From the sequence record SRR22947725_4822: a stretch of DNA of 54,933 bases. One strand, written 5' to 3'. The translations under genes and the position numbers were made by a program. Of the stretch, positions 38,601 through 47,703 are shown piece by piece; within the stretch, counting starts at the first letter, position 1, and every line of letters begins with the position of its first letter. Below the pieces are notes generated by a model that made no database searches, had not been told where the DNA came from, and was given only the letters and a program-made list of their open reading frames with translations.

Positions 38601-39348
38601 CATTTATCAAAATATTCGTCACTACAAGGATTACAGTGAAGCCTCACTTCAGAAATTGACAGGTAAAAGATTTCCCCTAGGACGGATTTCCGAAGCCACT
38701 ACCTTTTCCAGCATGGTATTCTTCAATGAGGGTCCGGGACGTGTTTTCAGAGCAAAAGAACTTCCCGCCGAAGCCCAGTGGGCGCCCGTATACGGTGTGC
38801 AAGCGGCCGATTTCAATGGAGATGGTTTTGAAGACTTAATTCTCTGCCAGAACCAAAGCAGGACGAGGCCTGGTTGGTCTAGGCAGGATAATGGTGGTGC
38901 GCTCCTGCTTCAAGGGGACGGCAAGGGCGGTCTGCGGGTGTTGTCTTCCATGGAATCGGGTCTACAGGTGAGCGGTGATTTACGAAGTGCTGCCCTTGGA
39001 GATATCAACAAGGATGGGCGGACGGATCTAGGTTTGACACTTAATAAGGGGCCTTTGAAGATCTATTTCAACCAATCTTCAAATTCAGGACTGCGGGTTC
39101 GACTTCATGGGCCAGCGCACAATCCAGCAGGGGTAGGGTGTCAACTCAGACTTCATGGGGAGAACAATGTCTGGGGGCCGGTAAGAGAGATACAAGCTGG
39201 CAATGGATGGTTTTCCCAGAACAGTCCAGTCACAGTGTTGCATTCCTCATTCAAGGCGACAGGTATTTGGGTGCGTTGGCCAGGAGGTGCTGAGACGCTT
39301 ACTCCTTTAGGTCAAAAGAAAGAAATAACCCTGTCCTGGAAGCCTTAA
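35629..39348 (+). CDS. FG-GAP/VCBS-repeat protein with two ASPIC/UnbV domains (CRTAC1-like)
   Basis: Many DxDGDGxxD Ca-binding loops; NTQAIGAKV...IHWP mid-protein and NPAGVG..VRWPGG at the C-terminus; start may be ATG 35698/35701. Confidence 0.9.
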   Translation: MLQNSEISRKHNCFNRYHWLAAFMMNGAFIVILFFVVHLSAEAAEPNSLKTKLVVKESTGVGFEQVSALAAGIDFTNTLGELKGASNRVLFNGAGVAAGDVDGNGHPDLFFCGLDTPNQLYLNSGNWKFSPSSIPDSMALPGFPTRGAVLADLNGDQSLDLVMTTVGGGLRSFINDGKGRFLENTVEAGLEGHSGGSTIAMADIDGNGSIDLYVANNRSDDIRDRGRVNMRQVNGRIIPPDELKDRLLIHSGQIHEYGEPDNLYINDGSGKFSRVSWTDGRFRTSGKALSETPRDWGLTATFRDINGDHSPDIYVCNDYWTPDRIWINDGSGSFDELSVELLKTTSASSMGVDFADVDLDGDLDGFIVDMLSRDLQVRKRQQPAFNPLFMESSLSGNRQQVMHNTLLLQKSDGSFADVAYFAGVEASDWSWSPVFMDVDLDGYADLLISAGYPHDVQDLDAIQLIQSKQHSWDRFKDPAALREAFAKELMEHYRLYPDLDLPVVAYRNSGNGKFEDSTAVWGTDIPGIHQGFATADLDGDGDLDLILNSLNATPLLLKNNASRPRIKLRLRGQSFNTQAIGAKVFLKQENGPDLSSEVFAGGRYLCGSDTEIVFAAGEKQQDLAIEIHWPLGGFSRMGNIQPNHSYVVDEPKNNTTISKRGSEAIETMAVLFEDISESLALTFNEADSNDFSRQPLLPFQLSHRGPGIAIGDLNQDGWDDIWIGSGRGGQLRTFFGNGEDSPRLEKWPVPLPDDSMGLLMGYLIGKPELNLIGLAGYEQVVPSGLVTGKSDGLDWKSVDASIPGAGPMALGPLNGRGELSLFLAGGIKPGHYPAVHPSTLMALRNGLFTTDKRNNTLMGGLSMVKGVVWSDLNNDGFPELIVGTEWGPVRVFENRSGSLFDVTEPWGLAGFKGLWNGIATADLDGNGYPDIIAGNWGLNSSWRATNSHPFRLFHGTFSNPAVTDLIETEYQFDLEMTPSRMLDELGLSLPFIYQNIRHYKDYSEASLQKLTGKRFPLGRISEATTFSSMVFFNEGPGRVFRAKELPAEAQWAPVYGVQAADFNGDGFEDLILCQNQSRTRPGWSRQDNGGALLLQGDGKGGLRVLSSMESGLQVSGDLRSAALGDINKDGRTDLGLTLNKGPLKIYFNQSSNSGLRVRLHGPAHNPAGVGCQLRLHGENNVWGPVREIQAGNGWFSQNSPVTVLHSSFKATGIWVRWPGGAETLTPLGQKKEITLSWKP

Positions 39349-39584
39349 AAACGAAGCTTCCCAAGACGCAGGGAAATCCCTCATTGATTCTACTGAGACG
39401 AACCTCAAGTGTTAAGAGAATGCAATATTCACCGGGCAAGTTCAGGGCTCTCAATGCCTGTGAACTTCCTTTCTCCAATCATCTTTTCCTACTTCTCACC
39501 AATGTAATTTAGTTACCAGCTCTGCAGTGATCGGGTGCATTCGGGCTGATGACTCCTGTTCACATATTACCTTTGATTCAACCT

Positions 39585-39612
39585 TTGACAGGGAAGGTGA
39601 TCGCTCTAACCT
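39585..39612 (+). promoter_or_regulatory. Putative sigma70-type promoter
   Basis: TTGACA-N16-TAACCT upstream of the PQQ-propeller gene. Confidence 0.35.
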
Positions 39613-39715
39613 TTGCTTTCATTTTGAATCATTCAATCTGGAATAAAGATCGCAAGGCTGGGTAAAAGTGTATTCAACCCTGTTGACATGGTAATGACAT
39701 GTGACATGTTTCCGA

Positions 39716-41041
39716 ATGCTCGGAAAATCAGTCGCCTTTTTATTGCTCACATTCATCGTTCTTGCTCGGGGCGATTCTCAACAAGAATGGCCCCAGTTTC
39801 GAGGCCCCGAGGGTAGCGGCGTAACCCAGTCGTCCCTTGCCATGATTTGGTCTGATTCCAAGAATATGGAATGGTCTTCCAGCATTCCCGGGGCTGGATG
39901 GTCTTCTCCTGTAGTTTCCAATGGGAGAATTTGGCTTACAACTGCCGTTCATGAAGGTCAAAAACGACCCTTAGGTTTTCAGGCGGGAGCTCGTTCCATG
40001 GGAACTTTCCGAAAGGACGCCAATAATTTGAAAATGACCGAGTTCAGAGTCCTTTGCCTGAACTTGGATTCAGGAAAGACTTTATGGAGCGCAACCCCAT
40101 CGAAAGCTATCCCTGCATTTGGCATACATCCATCCAACACATATGCCACGGAATCCCCGGTTACTGATGGTGAGCATGTCTTTGTATATTTCGCCGCAGC
40201 AGGTGAAGTCAGTTGCCTGGATCGTGATGGTAAGGTGCTCTGGAAAACGGCGACTGGTAAGTATGGTTTCGGAAAGGGTTTCGGCAGCGGGAGCGGTCTG
40301 GCCATTTCCGACGACTTGATTTTTGTTCAGTGTGACAATGATGACTCATCCTACGTGCTTGCACTGGACAGAGTCACTGGCGAAGAAAGATGGAAAAAGG
40401 ACCGTGATACGCGCACCAGCTGGAGCACACCTTTGGTTTGGAAATCTGGATATGGATCTCACTTGGTGCTTGCAGGCGCGGGGCATGTCACTGGTTACAA
40501 TCCTGTCGATGGAGAGCTCCTCTGGAAGCTAAACGGATTCAGTGGCTCCTTTTCTGGTTCCCCTGCCTGGGATGGGGATTACTTGTTTTTTGGCAACAGC
40601 GGCCCACGTAGCACTGGTCCTTTGATTGCAGTCAAGGGAGACGCCTCCGGCGAGTTGACCATGACCCGTAATCAATCCAAAGACTGGGTCATTTGGTCTA
40701 AGTCAGGCGCCGGTCCTGGATTGACATCACCGGTGGCGCATCATGGGCTTCTTTATGTGATCAACGGCAGTGTCCTCAAATGCTATCAGGGATCAACTGG
40801 GAAACGTCTTTATGAGGAAAGACTGCCCGGTGCAGGACGTATGGCCGCTTCTCTTTTGATTGCCGGTGATTACCTTTATGCGCTCGACGAAGATGGCCGC
40901 ACATTTGTCGTAAAAACAGGGCCAGCATTTGAGTGTGTATCGGTCAACAAAATTGATGATCTTTTCTGGTCGACACCTTCTGTAGCTGGAGACCGATTAC
41001 TGCTTCGGGGAGCTGATCGTCTCTACTGCATTAAAGAATAA
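39716..41041 (+). CDS. PQQ-like beta-propeller repeat protein (PVC-expanded BamB-like family)
   Basis: WPQFRGP, GWSSPVV, NTYATESPVTDG, SWSTP, STPS...LYCI; signal peptide; start ATG 39716 or GTG 39701. Confidence 0.9.
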   Translation: MLGKSVAFLLLTFIVLARGDSQQEWPQFRGPEGSGVTQSSLAMIWSDSKNMEWSSSIPGAGWSSPVVSNGRIWLTTAVHEGQKRPLGFQAGARSMGTFRKDANNLKMTEFRVLCLNLDSGKTLWSATPSKAIPAFGIHPSNTYATESPVTDGEHVFVYFAAAGEVSCLDRDGKVLWKTATGKYGFGKGFGSGSGLAISDDLIFVQCDNDDSSYVLALDRVTGEERWKKDRDTRTSWSTPLVWKSGYGSHLVLAGAGHVTGYNPVDGELLWKLNGFSGSFSGSPAWDGDYLFFGNSGPRSTGPLIAVKGDASGELTMTRNQSKDWVIWSKSGAGPGLTSPVAHHGLLYVINGSVLKCYQGSTGKRLYEERLPGAGRMAASLLIAGDYLYALDEDGRTFVVKTGPAFECVSVNKIDDLFWSTPSVAGDRLLLRGADRLYCIKE

Positions 41042-41053
41042 GCATCAGTATTT

Positions 41054-41084
41054 TGCATCGAACAATGTGGCGATGCATCTTTTT
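41054..41084 (+). terminator. Possible terminator after the PQQ-propeller gene
   Basis: TGCATCG-N10-CGATGCA followed by TCTTTTT. Confidence 0.4.
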
Positions 41085-41634
41085 GCCACACACAGCCTCA
41101 CTCCATGCAGGCTTGATCCTTTTTAGTCAGGGAAACACCGCTCACATTCCACTGTCAGTGACACAATAGCTGCCTCAAAATTTATTACAGCCTCCGTCGC
41201 CTTGTTGCACACATCCAATGTGCGCGCTTTTTATCACGCTCATCGTCGTCCTAAGTGGTGGAAATGAGTCAAGGTAATATCAGAATTAGCAAAATAATCA
41301 GAAAGGTGGTTTCATGGTGCGTTTCGTGCACCGTGCAAGATGCTCAGTGAAGGCAGTAACCATAAAACGTATCGGAAACAAGTTGAGTCGTTTGTCATCT
41401 TGGCGTTAGATCTATTTATTCTAACTTTAAAACAACTGCTCCCATGCAAGGACAGCGATAGCCGGGGTATTTATCCATGGCATTCATGGGTAAATTGGAT
41501 AGATCATTTTCTTCAAATAGACTTGGGTGAAGGTACTTTTAAGGGTGGTAACCTGGAAGAAGGATAAACATTTCATGATTTTCTCTCAGGTAATGAGTTG
41601 GTCAGGTTGATCAAACTTAGAAATTGCACTAAAA

Positions 41635-43143
41635 ATGACATCAAAAACGATGAGTGACTCAAAATTAAATAGGACCTGGTTGGGGCATCCCGTTAGTCTT
41701 TCAACTTTGTTCTTTACCGAGCTATGGGAGCGATTCAGCTATTATGGCATGCGAGCGCTACTGGTGCTTTTCATGGTCGATAAAGTGCAGAACGGTGGGA
41801 TGGGGATGAATGATGAGATGGCTACCTCCATCTATGGGTTATATACCGCGTTTGTTTACCTTGCCTGCCTGCCCGGAGGTTGGATAGCTGATCGATTACT
41901 GGGGGCCCGTAAGGCTGTGTGGGTGGGGGGCTTGATCATCGCCGCGGGACACTTTGCTCTCGCTGTTCCCAGTCAATCGGCTTTTTTTATCGGGTTGCTC
42001 CTGGTCATTATCGGGACGGGATTTTTAAAGCCCAATGTCAGCGCCATGGTGGGACAGCTATATCCGGAAGGAGGGGCACGTCGTGATGCTGGATTCACTT
42101 TGTTTTATATGGGCATCAACATAGGCGCATTCCTGGGCCCGCTGATATGCAGTTATCTTGGCGAGAACGTAAACTGGCACATCGGTTTTGGTGCAGCTGG
42201 TATAGGCATGCTTCTTGGTGTGATTCAATATTGGATGACTAGCCATCGCTTGGGTGACACGGGTTTACTGGCAGCGCATTCACGTGCTTCGAATGAATCA
42301 AGGGCAGGCATGGATCGAGCGTGGTATCCTGTGATTGGTTTTTTTGCAGTATTAACCATTGTTGTAGCACTCACTTTTTCTGGCATCCTGAAGGTCAACG
42401 CGTTGACGTTGGCTCAAAATACGACTTACGTGATTGTCGGTCTGGCTGTTGCATTTTTTGTTTATATTTTTACCTTTGGTAAATTGAACCCAACTGAATT
42501 CAGGCAGACCCTGGTGATCGTTGTTTTGTTTATCGCCTCTGCTGTTTTCTGGTCTGGATTTGAACAAGCTGGTTCCTCTCTGAACTTGTTTGCTGAACGG
42601 CATACAAACCGACTGGCATTCGGTTTTGAGATCCCTTCCGGTTGGTTTCAATCTCTCAATCCTTTCTATATTGTTGTGTTCGCGCCTGTGTTTGCATCAC
42701 TTTGGATTAGTCTGGCAAAACGGCAGTTAGACCCTTCGATGCCCGCAAAGTTTGCGCTCGGTCTTCTATTGCTGGGCTTAGGTTTCTTACTCATGGTCGG
42801 TGCAGCAAAATGGGTGACTGCCGGTAATCAAGCGGCTCCTTATTGGTTGATTCTGACTTATCTGCTTCATACGATGGGAGAGCTTTGTGTCAGCCCTGTT
42901 GGTCTCAGTTCTGTCACTAAACTGGCGCCCAAACGGTTTGTGGGCCAAATGATGGGGATCTGGTTTTTGGCTACCTCCTTGGGGAACCTCATTGCGGGGC
43001 TCATGGCAGGCCGCTTCAATCCTGAAGCCATCAACGAAATGCCAGATCTTTTCCTGCAGATTGTACTGACCGCCATTGGGGCCGCCGTGCTGCTGATTCT
43101 ATTTACCCGACGAATTAAAAAGCTATTGGTAAAAATGGACTGA
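41635..43143 (+). CDS. POT/PTR family proton-dependent di/tripeptide transporter
   Basis: ELWERFSYYG (ExxERFxYY), GGWIADRLLG, FYMGINIG, FQSLNP, ELCVSPVGLS. Confidence 0.95.
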   Translation: MTSKTMSDSKLNRTWLGHPVSLSTLFFTELWERFSYYGMRALLVLFMVDKVQNGGMGMNDEMATSIYGLYTAFVYLACLPGGWIADRLLGARKAVWVGGLIIAAGHFALAVPSQSAFFIGLLLVIIGTGFLKPNVSAMVGQLYPEGGARRDAGFTLFYMGINIGAFLGPLICSYLGENVNWHIGFGAAGIGMLLGVIQYWMTSHRLGDTGLLAAHSRASNESRAGMDRAWYPVIGFFAVLTIVVALTFSGILKVNALTLAQNTTYVIVGLAVAFFVYIFTFGKLNPTEFRQTLVIVVLFIASAVFWSGFEQAGSSLNLFAERHTNRLAFGFEIPSGWFQSLNPFYIVVFAPVFASLWISLAKRQLDPSMPAKFALGLLLLGLGFLLMVGAAKWVTAGNQAAPYWLILTYLLHTMGELCVSPVGLSSVTKLAPKRFVGQMMGIWFLATSLGNLIAGLMAGRFNPEAINEMPDLFLQIVLTAIGAAVLLILFTRRIKKLLVKMD

Positions 43144-43175
43144 CTGATTTCTTTTAAATGACAGGAGCTCGATGC

Positions 43176-45434
43176 TCACTTCACAGGCACCAGAGAAACC
43201 TCTGAATGGGTATAGTGAATGGAAAAAAGTTGATCATTACCGTCAGTAACACGTTGGTTCATGTTCCTGAAAGTACCTTCGATCTGACTCGCTGTCAGGA
43301 TAGTGTAAGGCGTATTCGCTTTTGCACTTAAATTGCTTCGGGTGATGTCAAGAGTCCCAGCTAGAATTGCCTTGCCCCTCACCTTGAGTCCAGTGCTGGT
43401 ATCGTCTGCGATTGAGACTCTGAGCCTGGCATCCATGGTTTCGTAATAGTCCGTACTCACCTCCAGCGGTGTTTTGCCTGATGCGGAAACAATGCCATTA
43501 TTGTAAAGAGAGGCCTCAATTCTTCCATTACCATGCAGGATGCCTCCGGGTTGAATGTCAACCCAACGCAGAGAGCTGAGGGTGCCGCCATTGATGAAAA
43601 GATTACCGTTGTTCGACAGGCGGATCTCATTACGGCCGGTAAGCTTGATACCTTGGTTGATTTGAAGGGTTTGAGTTGTCTCCATGGAACTTCCGCTTAT
43701 CTCGAATCCGAGAAATTCGAGGTCAGTATCAGCGGAGACAGTACTGTGAGTGATGCCCTTGTTTTCAATCAGAGCGGTCCACGAAAGTTGTGGACCGCCA
43801 TCGTCGCTCAGGTAGGTGACCCCGGCATTTGCGTAAGCGTAATCAGACCAGTTTTCAGGATGCGACATCAACGCACCATCATCGCCTATCCAATGATGGT
43901 AGGTATTGGCGAAACCTTTTGCCTCGCTGACGCGTTCACCAAGGAGTAATGCATGGAGCTCCTTCACGAGTTCAGGATGATTGGCAGCGATATTTTCCTT
44001 TTCGGTTTGATCTCTCTCAAGGTCATACAACTCGAGTGGTGTATCCCTGTTACCCCTGACTCGAGCCCTCACAAGTTTGTGTTTGCCTCTTATGATGGAT
44101 TGTCCATTGCTGGCTTCATGAATGATAAAATCTCGATTGCGCTGATGACCGTAGCCGCTCAGCACGGGTGCGATAGAAACACCGTCGATGCTGAGTGGAA
44201 AGGGTGTGCCAGCCAGTTCACAGAAGGTTGGGAGAAGATCAGTGATATCCACAATCCTTGCACATTGAGTGCCAGATTTCAGTTTTGATTTTGTATGGAT
44301 TACGCTTGGCCAGCGCATCACCAGTGGTACTCGGATACCTCCTTCCTGAATTTTTCCTTTGCTTCCGCGAAGACCGCCATTGGAATCGAAGACGGTGTGG
44401 CTTGAACCTCTCGGCCCGCCATTGTCAGATTGGAAAATCACCAGCGTGTTGTCGGCGATCGAGTCGGAGTTATCTCCATCTTGATTGGGATCGTCAAGTG
44501 CAGATAAAAGATGGCCAAAATGCGCATCCATGCGCGTTACCATGGCAGCCCATTGTTGAGCCTGAGGGGAGAGTTTTTTAAAGACCGGGTCTTCTTCGTA
44601 AGCATGGTCCCAATTGGGAAGGTGACTGATTTCATTAAAGGGTGCGTGTGGTATCTGTGCTGCCAGCAGCCCGAAAAAAGGTTTACCTGTCTTCTTGTAG
44701 TTCTGCGCATTGATTCGCACGAAATCGAGTGCAGCGAATGCGTAAGCATCGTCACAATAAGCAACGGGTGGGTAGTCATGGTGATTCTGATACGCGGGTA
44801 AGTCGGGATATGCATCACTTCCAACATACCTGGCAATGGAATTGGGGATGAGATGTATGCCTCCAATGGCGTCTGTTTTTGGAGGAGCACTCCACAGGGA
44901 TGGTTGAAAAAATGTATGAGCACGGACATGATGCAACTCAGCCAATACGTGGGTGTATCCATGAGAGGTGGGCAGCGACTGAATATTGTCGACCTTGGGG
45001 TTTAGCTGATCCTTCGAACCACCGTATCCCCACTTACCCCAATAACCCGTGGTATATCCTGCAGCGAACATGGCATCCCCCATAAGAATATCCTCGGCAC
45101 GCATCGCTTTCCTCGCATTGTTGGGGTCATTTGCGTCGGCAAAAGTGTGTCCCTGATGGAAACCTGACTGCTGGGATGAACGTGACGGGGAACAGACGTG
45201 GCATGCATATGCGCGGGTGAAGTTAACGCCTTGTTCGGCGAGACGATCGATGTTCGGTGTGCGAACGTAGGGCAAGCCTTTGTCTTTTCTTGCGGCTTGA
45301 CCATTCGGACCGATTGAGCCCCAGCCCATATCATCAACGAATAGGTAGAGGATATTGGGACGAGGTGCAGGTTCCGCACTTGGAGCAGAAAAGATGGCAA
45401 GCGTCTGGAGAATAAAAAGGATGGAATATTTCAT
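43176..45434 (-). CDS. Formylglycine-type (S1) sulfatase with C-terminal passenger-like extension
   Basis: RPNILYLFVDDMG, CSPSR, GKWG, SDNG, EGGIRVP, LYDL; start ATG 45434. Confidence 0.9.
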   Translation of the reverse strand: MKYSILFILQTLAIFSAPSAEPAPRPNILYLFVDDMGWGSIGPNGQAARKDKGLPYVRTPNIDRLAEQGVNFTRAYACHVCSPSRSSQQSGFHQGHTFADANDPNNARKAMRAEDILMGDAMFAAGYTTGYWGKWGYGGSKDQLNPKVDNIQSLPTSHGYTHVLAELHHVRAHTFFQPSLWSAPPKTDAIGGIHLIPNSIARYVGSDAYPDLPAYQNHHDYPPVAYCDDAYAFAALDFVRINAQNYKKTGKPFFGLLAAQIPHAPFNEISHLPNWDHAYEEDPVFKKLSPQAQQWAAMVTRMDAHFGHLLSALDDPNQDGDNSDSIADNTLVIFQSDNGGPRGSSHTVFDSNGGLRGSKGKIQEGGIRVPLVMRWPSVIHTKSKLKSGTQCARIVDITDLLPTFCELAGTPFPLSIDGVSIAPVLSGYGHQRNRDFIIHEASNGQSIIRGKHKLVRARVRGNRDTPLELYDLERDQTEKENIAANHPELVKELHALLLGERVSEAKGFANTYHHWIGDDGALMSHPENWSDYAYANAGVTYLSDDGGPQLSWTALIENKGITHSTVSADTDLEFLGFEISGSSMETTQTLQINQGIKLTGRNEIRLSNNGNLFINGGTLSSLRWVDIQPGGILHGNGRIEASLYNNGIVSASGKTPLEVSTDYYETMDARLRVSIADDTSTGLKVRGKAILAGTLDITRSNLSAKANTPYTILTASQIEGTFRNMNQRVTDGNDQLFSIHYTHSEVSLVPVK

Positions 45435-45448
45435 GAGGTCATCCGAGA

Positions 45449-47344
45449 TCAAGGAACAATGTTCGCGGTTCCCAACTCTTCGTTTAAAGCACGGTTTACA
45501 ACTCGTACGACATACTTGTTTTTTGCAATCTTGCTGTCGAGCGCTGATCTCATCTGATCGAGAACCGGGGCTGCCTGAGCATTGATTTCATCAAGAACAA
45601 TCGCGGCTTGAAGTTGTTCCCATTGTTCACCATTCATCAGCCAATAAAGTAACACCGGCAAGGCCTTCTGTGGCTTCTCCATTCTGCATAGAGCTCTTGC
45701 TGCAGCAAGAGCAACTGCGGGAGATGCATCAGACAGATGCTTTTCGACAAGAGCAAGTTTGGATACCGCTTTGACTCCTATGTTTCCAAGACCAGTTAAG
45801 GCCCAATACCGAATGGCAGGGTGAGATGCTTGTATGGCAGTTGTAAGGCCCTCAATTGCTTCCACTCCGGAAGAGGCAAGAACAGCTGTTTGAGCGATGT
45901 GAGAAGCGAGGGTATCTCCACCCTCCTGACGCAGGATAGCATACCGATTGCCGATGGTTTCCTCCAGTCGAGCAATCACTGCCTCAGGGATTAAACCCAG
46001 GTCCTTCGTCTCCCGGACCCATGTGAGTTGTGCACGTCGAAGTCTGATCAATTCTCGTTTGAACGCCGGGTTATCTGCGAGGTTATTGAGTTCGTGTGGA
46101 TCTGCATTACAATCGTAGAGCTCTTCATTGGGTTTTCTTGGAGAAAAATAGGCGTTGGCAAATGGGAGCAAATTCCCCGTATTGTGGAGTCTGCGCAGTT
46201 CCTTCATCGTGGCTCCTTTCTCCGGTGTATTCATATACTGATAGAAGGTTTTTAGCGGCTCATAATTTCGAATGTATTTAAAACGTTTATCCCTCACCAT
46301 ACGGATAATATCGTAACGTTCATCCATGCGATCACGGGCCCCAAAAACAAATTGTCGAGGCGCTGGTATTTGTTTGCCCAGAAAGGGCTGCCCCTGTATG
46401 TGGCCGGGTATCGGGATCCCTGCAAGATTCATGACCGTAGGGCAGAAATCAACCGAGCTGATCAGCTGTTCAGAGGTAGTGCCAGGCTTGATTTGATAAT
46501 GCTTTCGATATGCCTCGGGCATACGGATGATGAGTGGTATGTGCGTGCCCGAATCGTAAAGCCAGCGCTTGGCGCGAGGCAGTCCAACACCATGATCGGA
46601 CCAGAAGAATACAATCGTATTTTTCTCAAGACCATCATCGTATAATTCTTCAAGGATCTTTCCCGCCCAGGCATCCATGGCGGTGATGACCTCGTAGTTC
46701 CGCTTCCAATCTTCTCGAGTGACGGCATTGTCTGGATAATAAGGAGGGAGGGTGGTCAGATTCTCTGGTTCTTGACGTTGCTCTGGCTGGAGATCCTTCG
46801 TTACACTTTGATACTTGTCATCGTTTGCAATGCCGGATTCGTGGCACCCATTGTAATTGAAGACGCTGAAGAAAGGCTGCTCGGCATTCCTACGGTTGCG
46901 CCAGTGAGCTTTTTTACCCGAAGCGCTCCATGTGTCGGATGGTGCGTCGAACTGGTAATCCTGTTTGCCGTTATTTGTGCAGTAATAACCGTTTCGCTGA
47001 AGATAAACGGGAAATGGCATTATCTGCGGAGGCAGCTTGGCATTGCTGCGCATGTGGTGCGTTCCAATGGAAGATTGATACATTCCTGTGATAATACCGC
47101 TGCGACACGGGGCACAGACTCCGGCAGTGGTGAAAGCGTGAGTGTAAAGGACGCCTTCGCTCGCTAAGCGATCCAGGTGAGGAGTGATCGCATGTGGATC
47201 TCCATAGCATGCGATTGTTGGACTGATGTCCTCGCATGAAAGCCAGAGAATGTTAGGCCGGTTGGACGCGGCGGCCAGGTTGCACTTGAATCCAGACATC
47301 AAGATAGTCATGGTTATCTGGAATAGAAATAAGGGTTTCATCAT
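45449..47344 (-). CDS. Formylglycine-type (S1) sulfatase with C-terminal HEAT repeats
   Basis: RPNILWLSCED, CAPCR, WSDHG, RDRMDERYD, ELYD; HEAT-like AIRYWA..LG and VALAAARAL; start ATG 47344. Confidence 0.9.
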   Translation of the reverse strand: MMKPLFLFQITMTILMSGFKCNLAAASNRPNILWLSCEDISPTIACYGDPHAITPHLDRLASEGVLYTHAFTTAGVCAPCRSGIITGMYQSSIGTHHMRSNAKLPPQIMPFPVYLQRNGYYCTNNGKQDYQFDAPSDTWSASGKKAHWRNRRNAEQPFFSVFNYNGCHESGIANDDKYQSVTKDLQPEQRQEPENLTTLPPYYPDNAVTREDWKRNYEVITAMDAWAGKILEELYDDGLEKNTIVFFWSDHGVGLPRAKRWLYDSGTHIPLIIRMPEAYRKHYQIKPGTTSEQLISSVDFCPTVMNLAGIPIPGHIQGQPFLGKQIPAPRQFVFGARDRMDERYDIIRMVRDKRFKYIRNYEPLKTFYQYMNTPEKGATMKELRRLHNTGNLLPFANAYFSPRKPNEELYDCNADPHELNNLADNPAFKRELIRLRRAQLTWVRETKDLGLIPEAVIARLEETIGNRYAILRQEGGDTLASHIAQTAVLASSGVEAIEGLTTAIQASHPAIRYWALTGLGNIGVKAVSKLALVEKHLSDASPAVALAAARALCRMEKPQKALPVLLYWLMNGEQWEQLQAAIVLDEINAQAAPVLDQMRSALDSKIAKNKYVVRVVNRALNEELGTANIVP

Positions 47345-47703
47345 GGAACTTTGAAGGTGAATTAATTCTTCGGATAGTGTATCTGATGTGCTCCTGAGGC
47401 AAAAATCAGAAGCCACGGAGAACATTGAGGAGCGGGAGTGTTTCGGTTTGATTGAAATGATCCCTCACCTATGACTTTCAAATGCAAATGTGTTCAGGTA
47501 ATCATTTGGTATTGCGTGTCTTGAGAGAAATTCCAAAAAGAAGTTCATAGCACACTCTCATGAATATTACCCTTCTGTCTGTTTGAATTATGTATTTGCC
47601 TGCGTCACTGCGAGAATCAACACTTTGGGCGCAATGAAAGGACGGTTGCTCATGGCTTTCCTAAGACATGAAGTGGGGGTGAAATTCAGGATTCAGAATA
47701 TTT

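Noticed and set aside
39716-41041. True BamB or a PQQ dehydrogenase
   Set aside because: No lipobox or bam context; it fits the paralogous PVC WPQFRGP propeller family of unknown function
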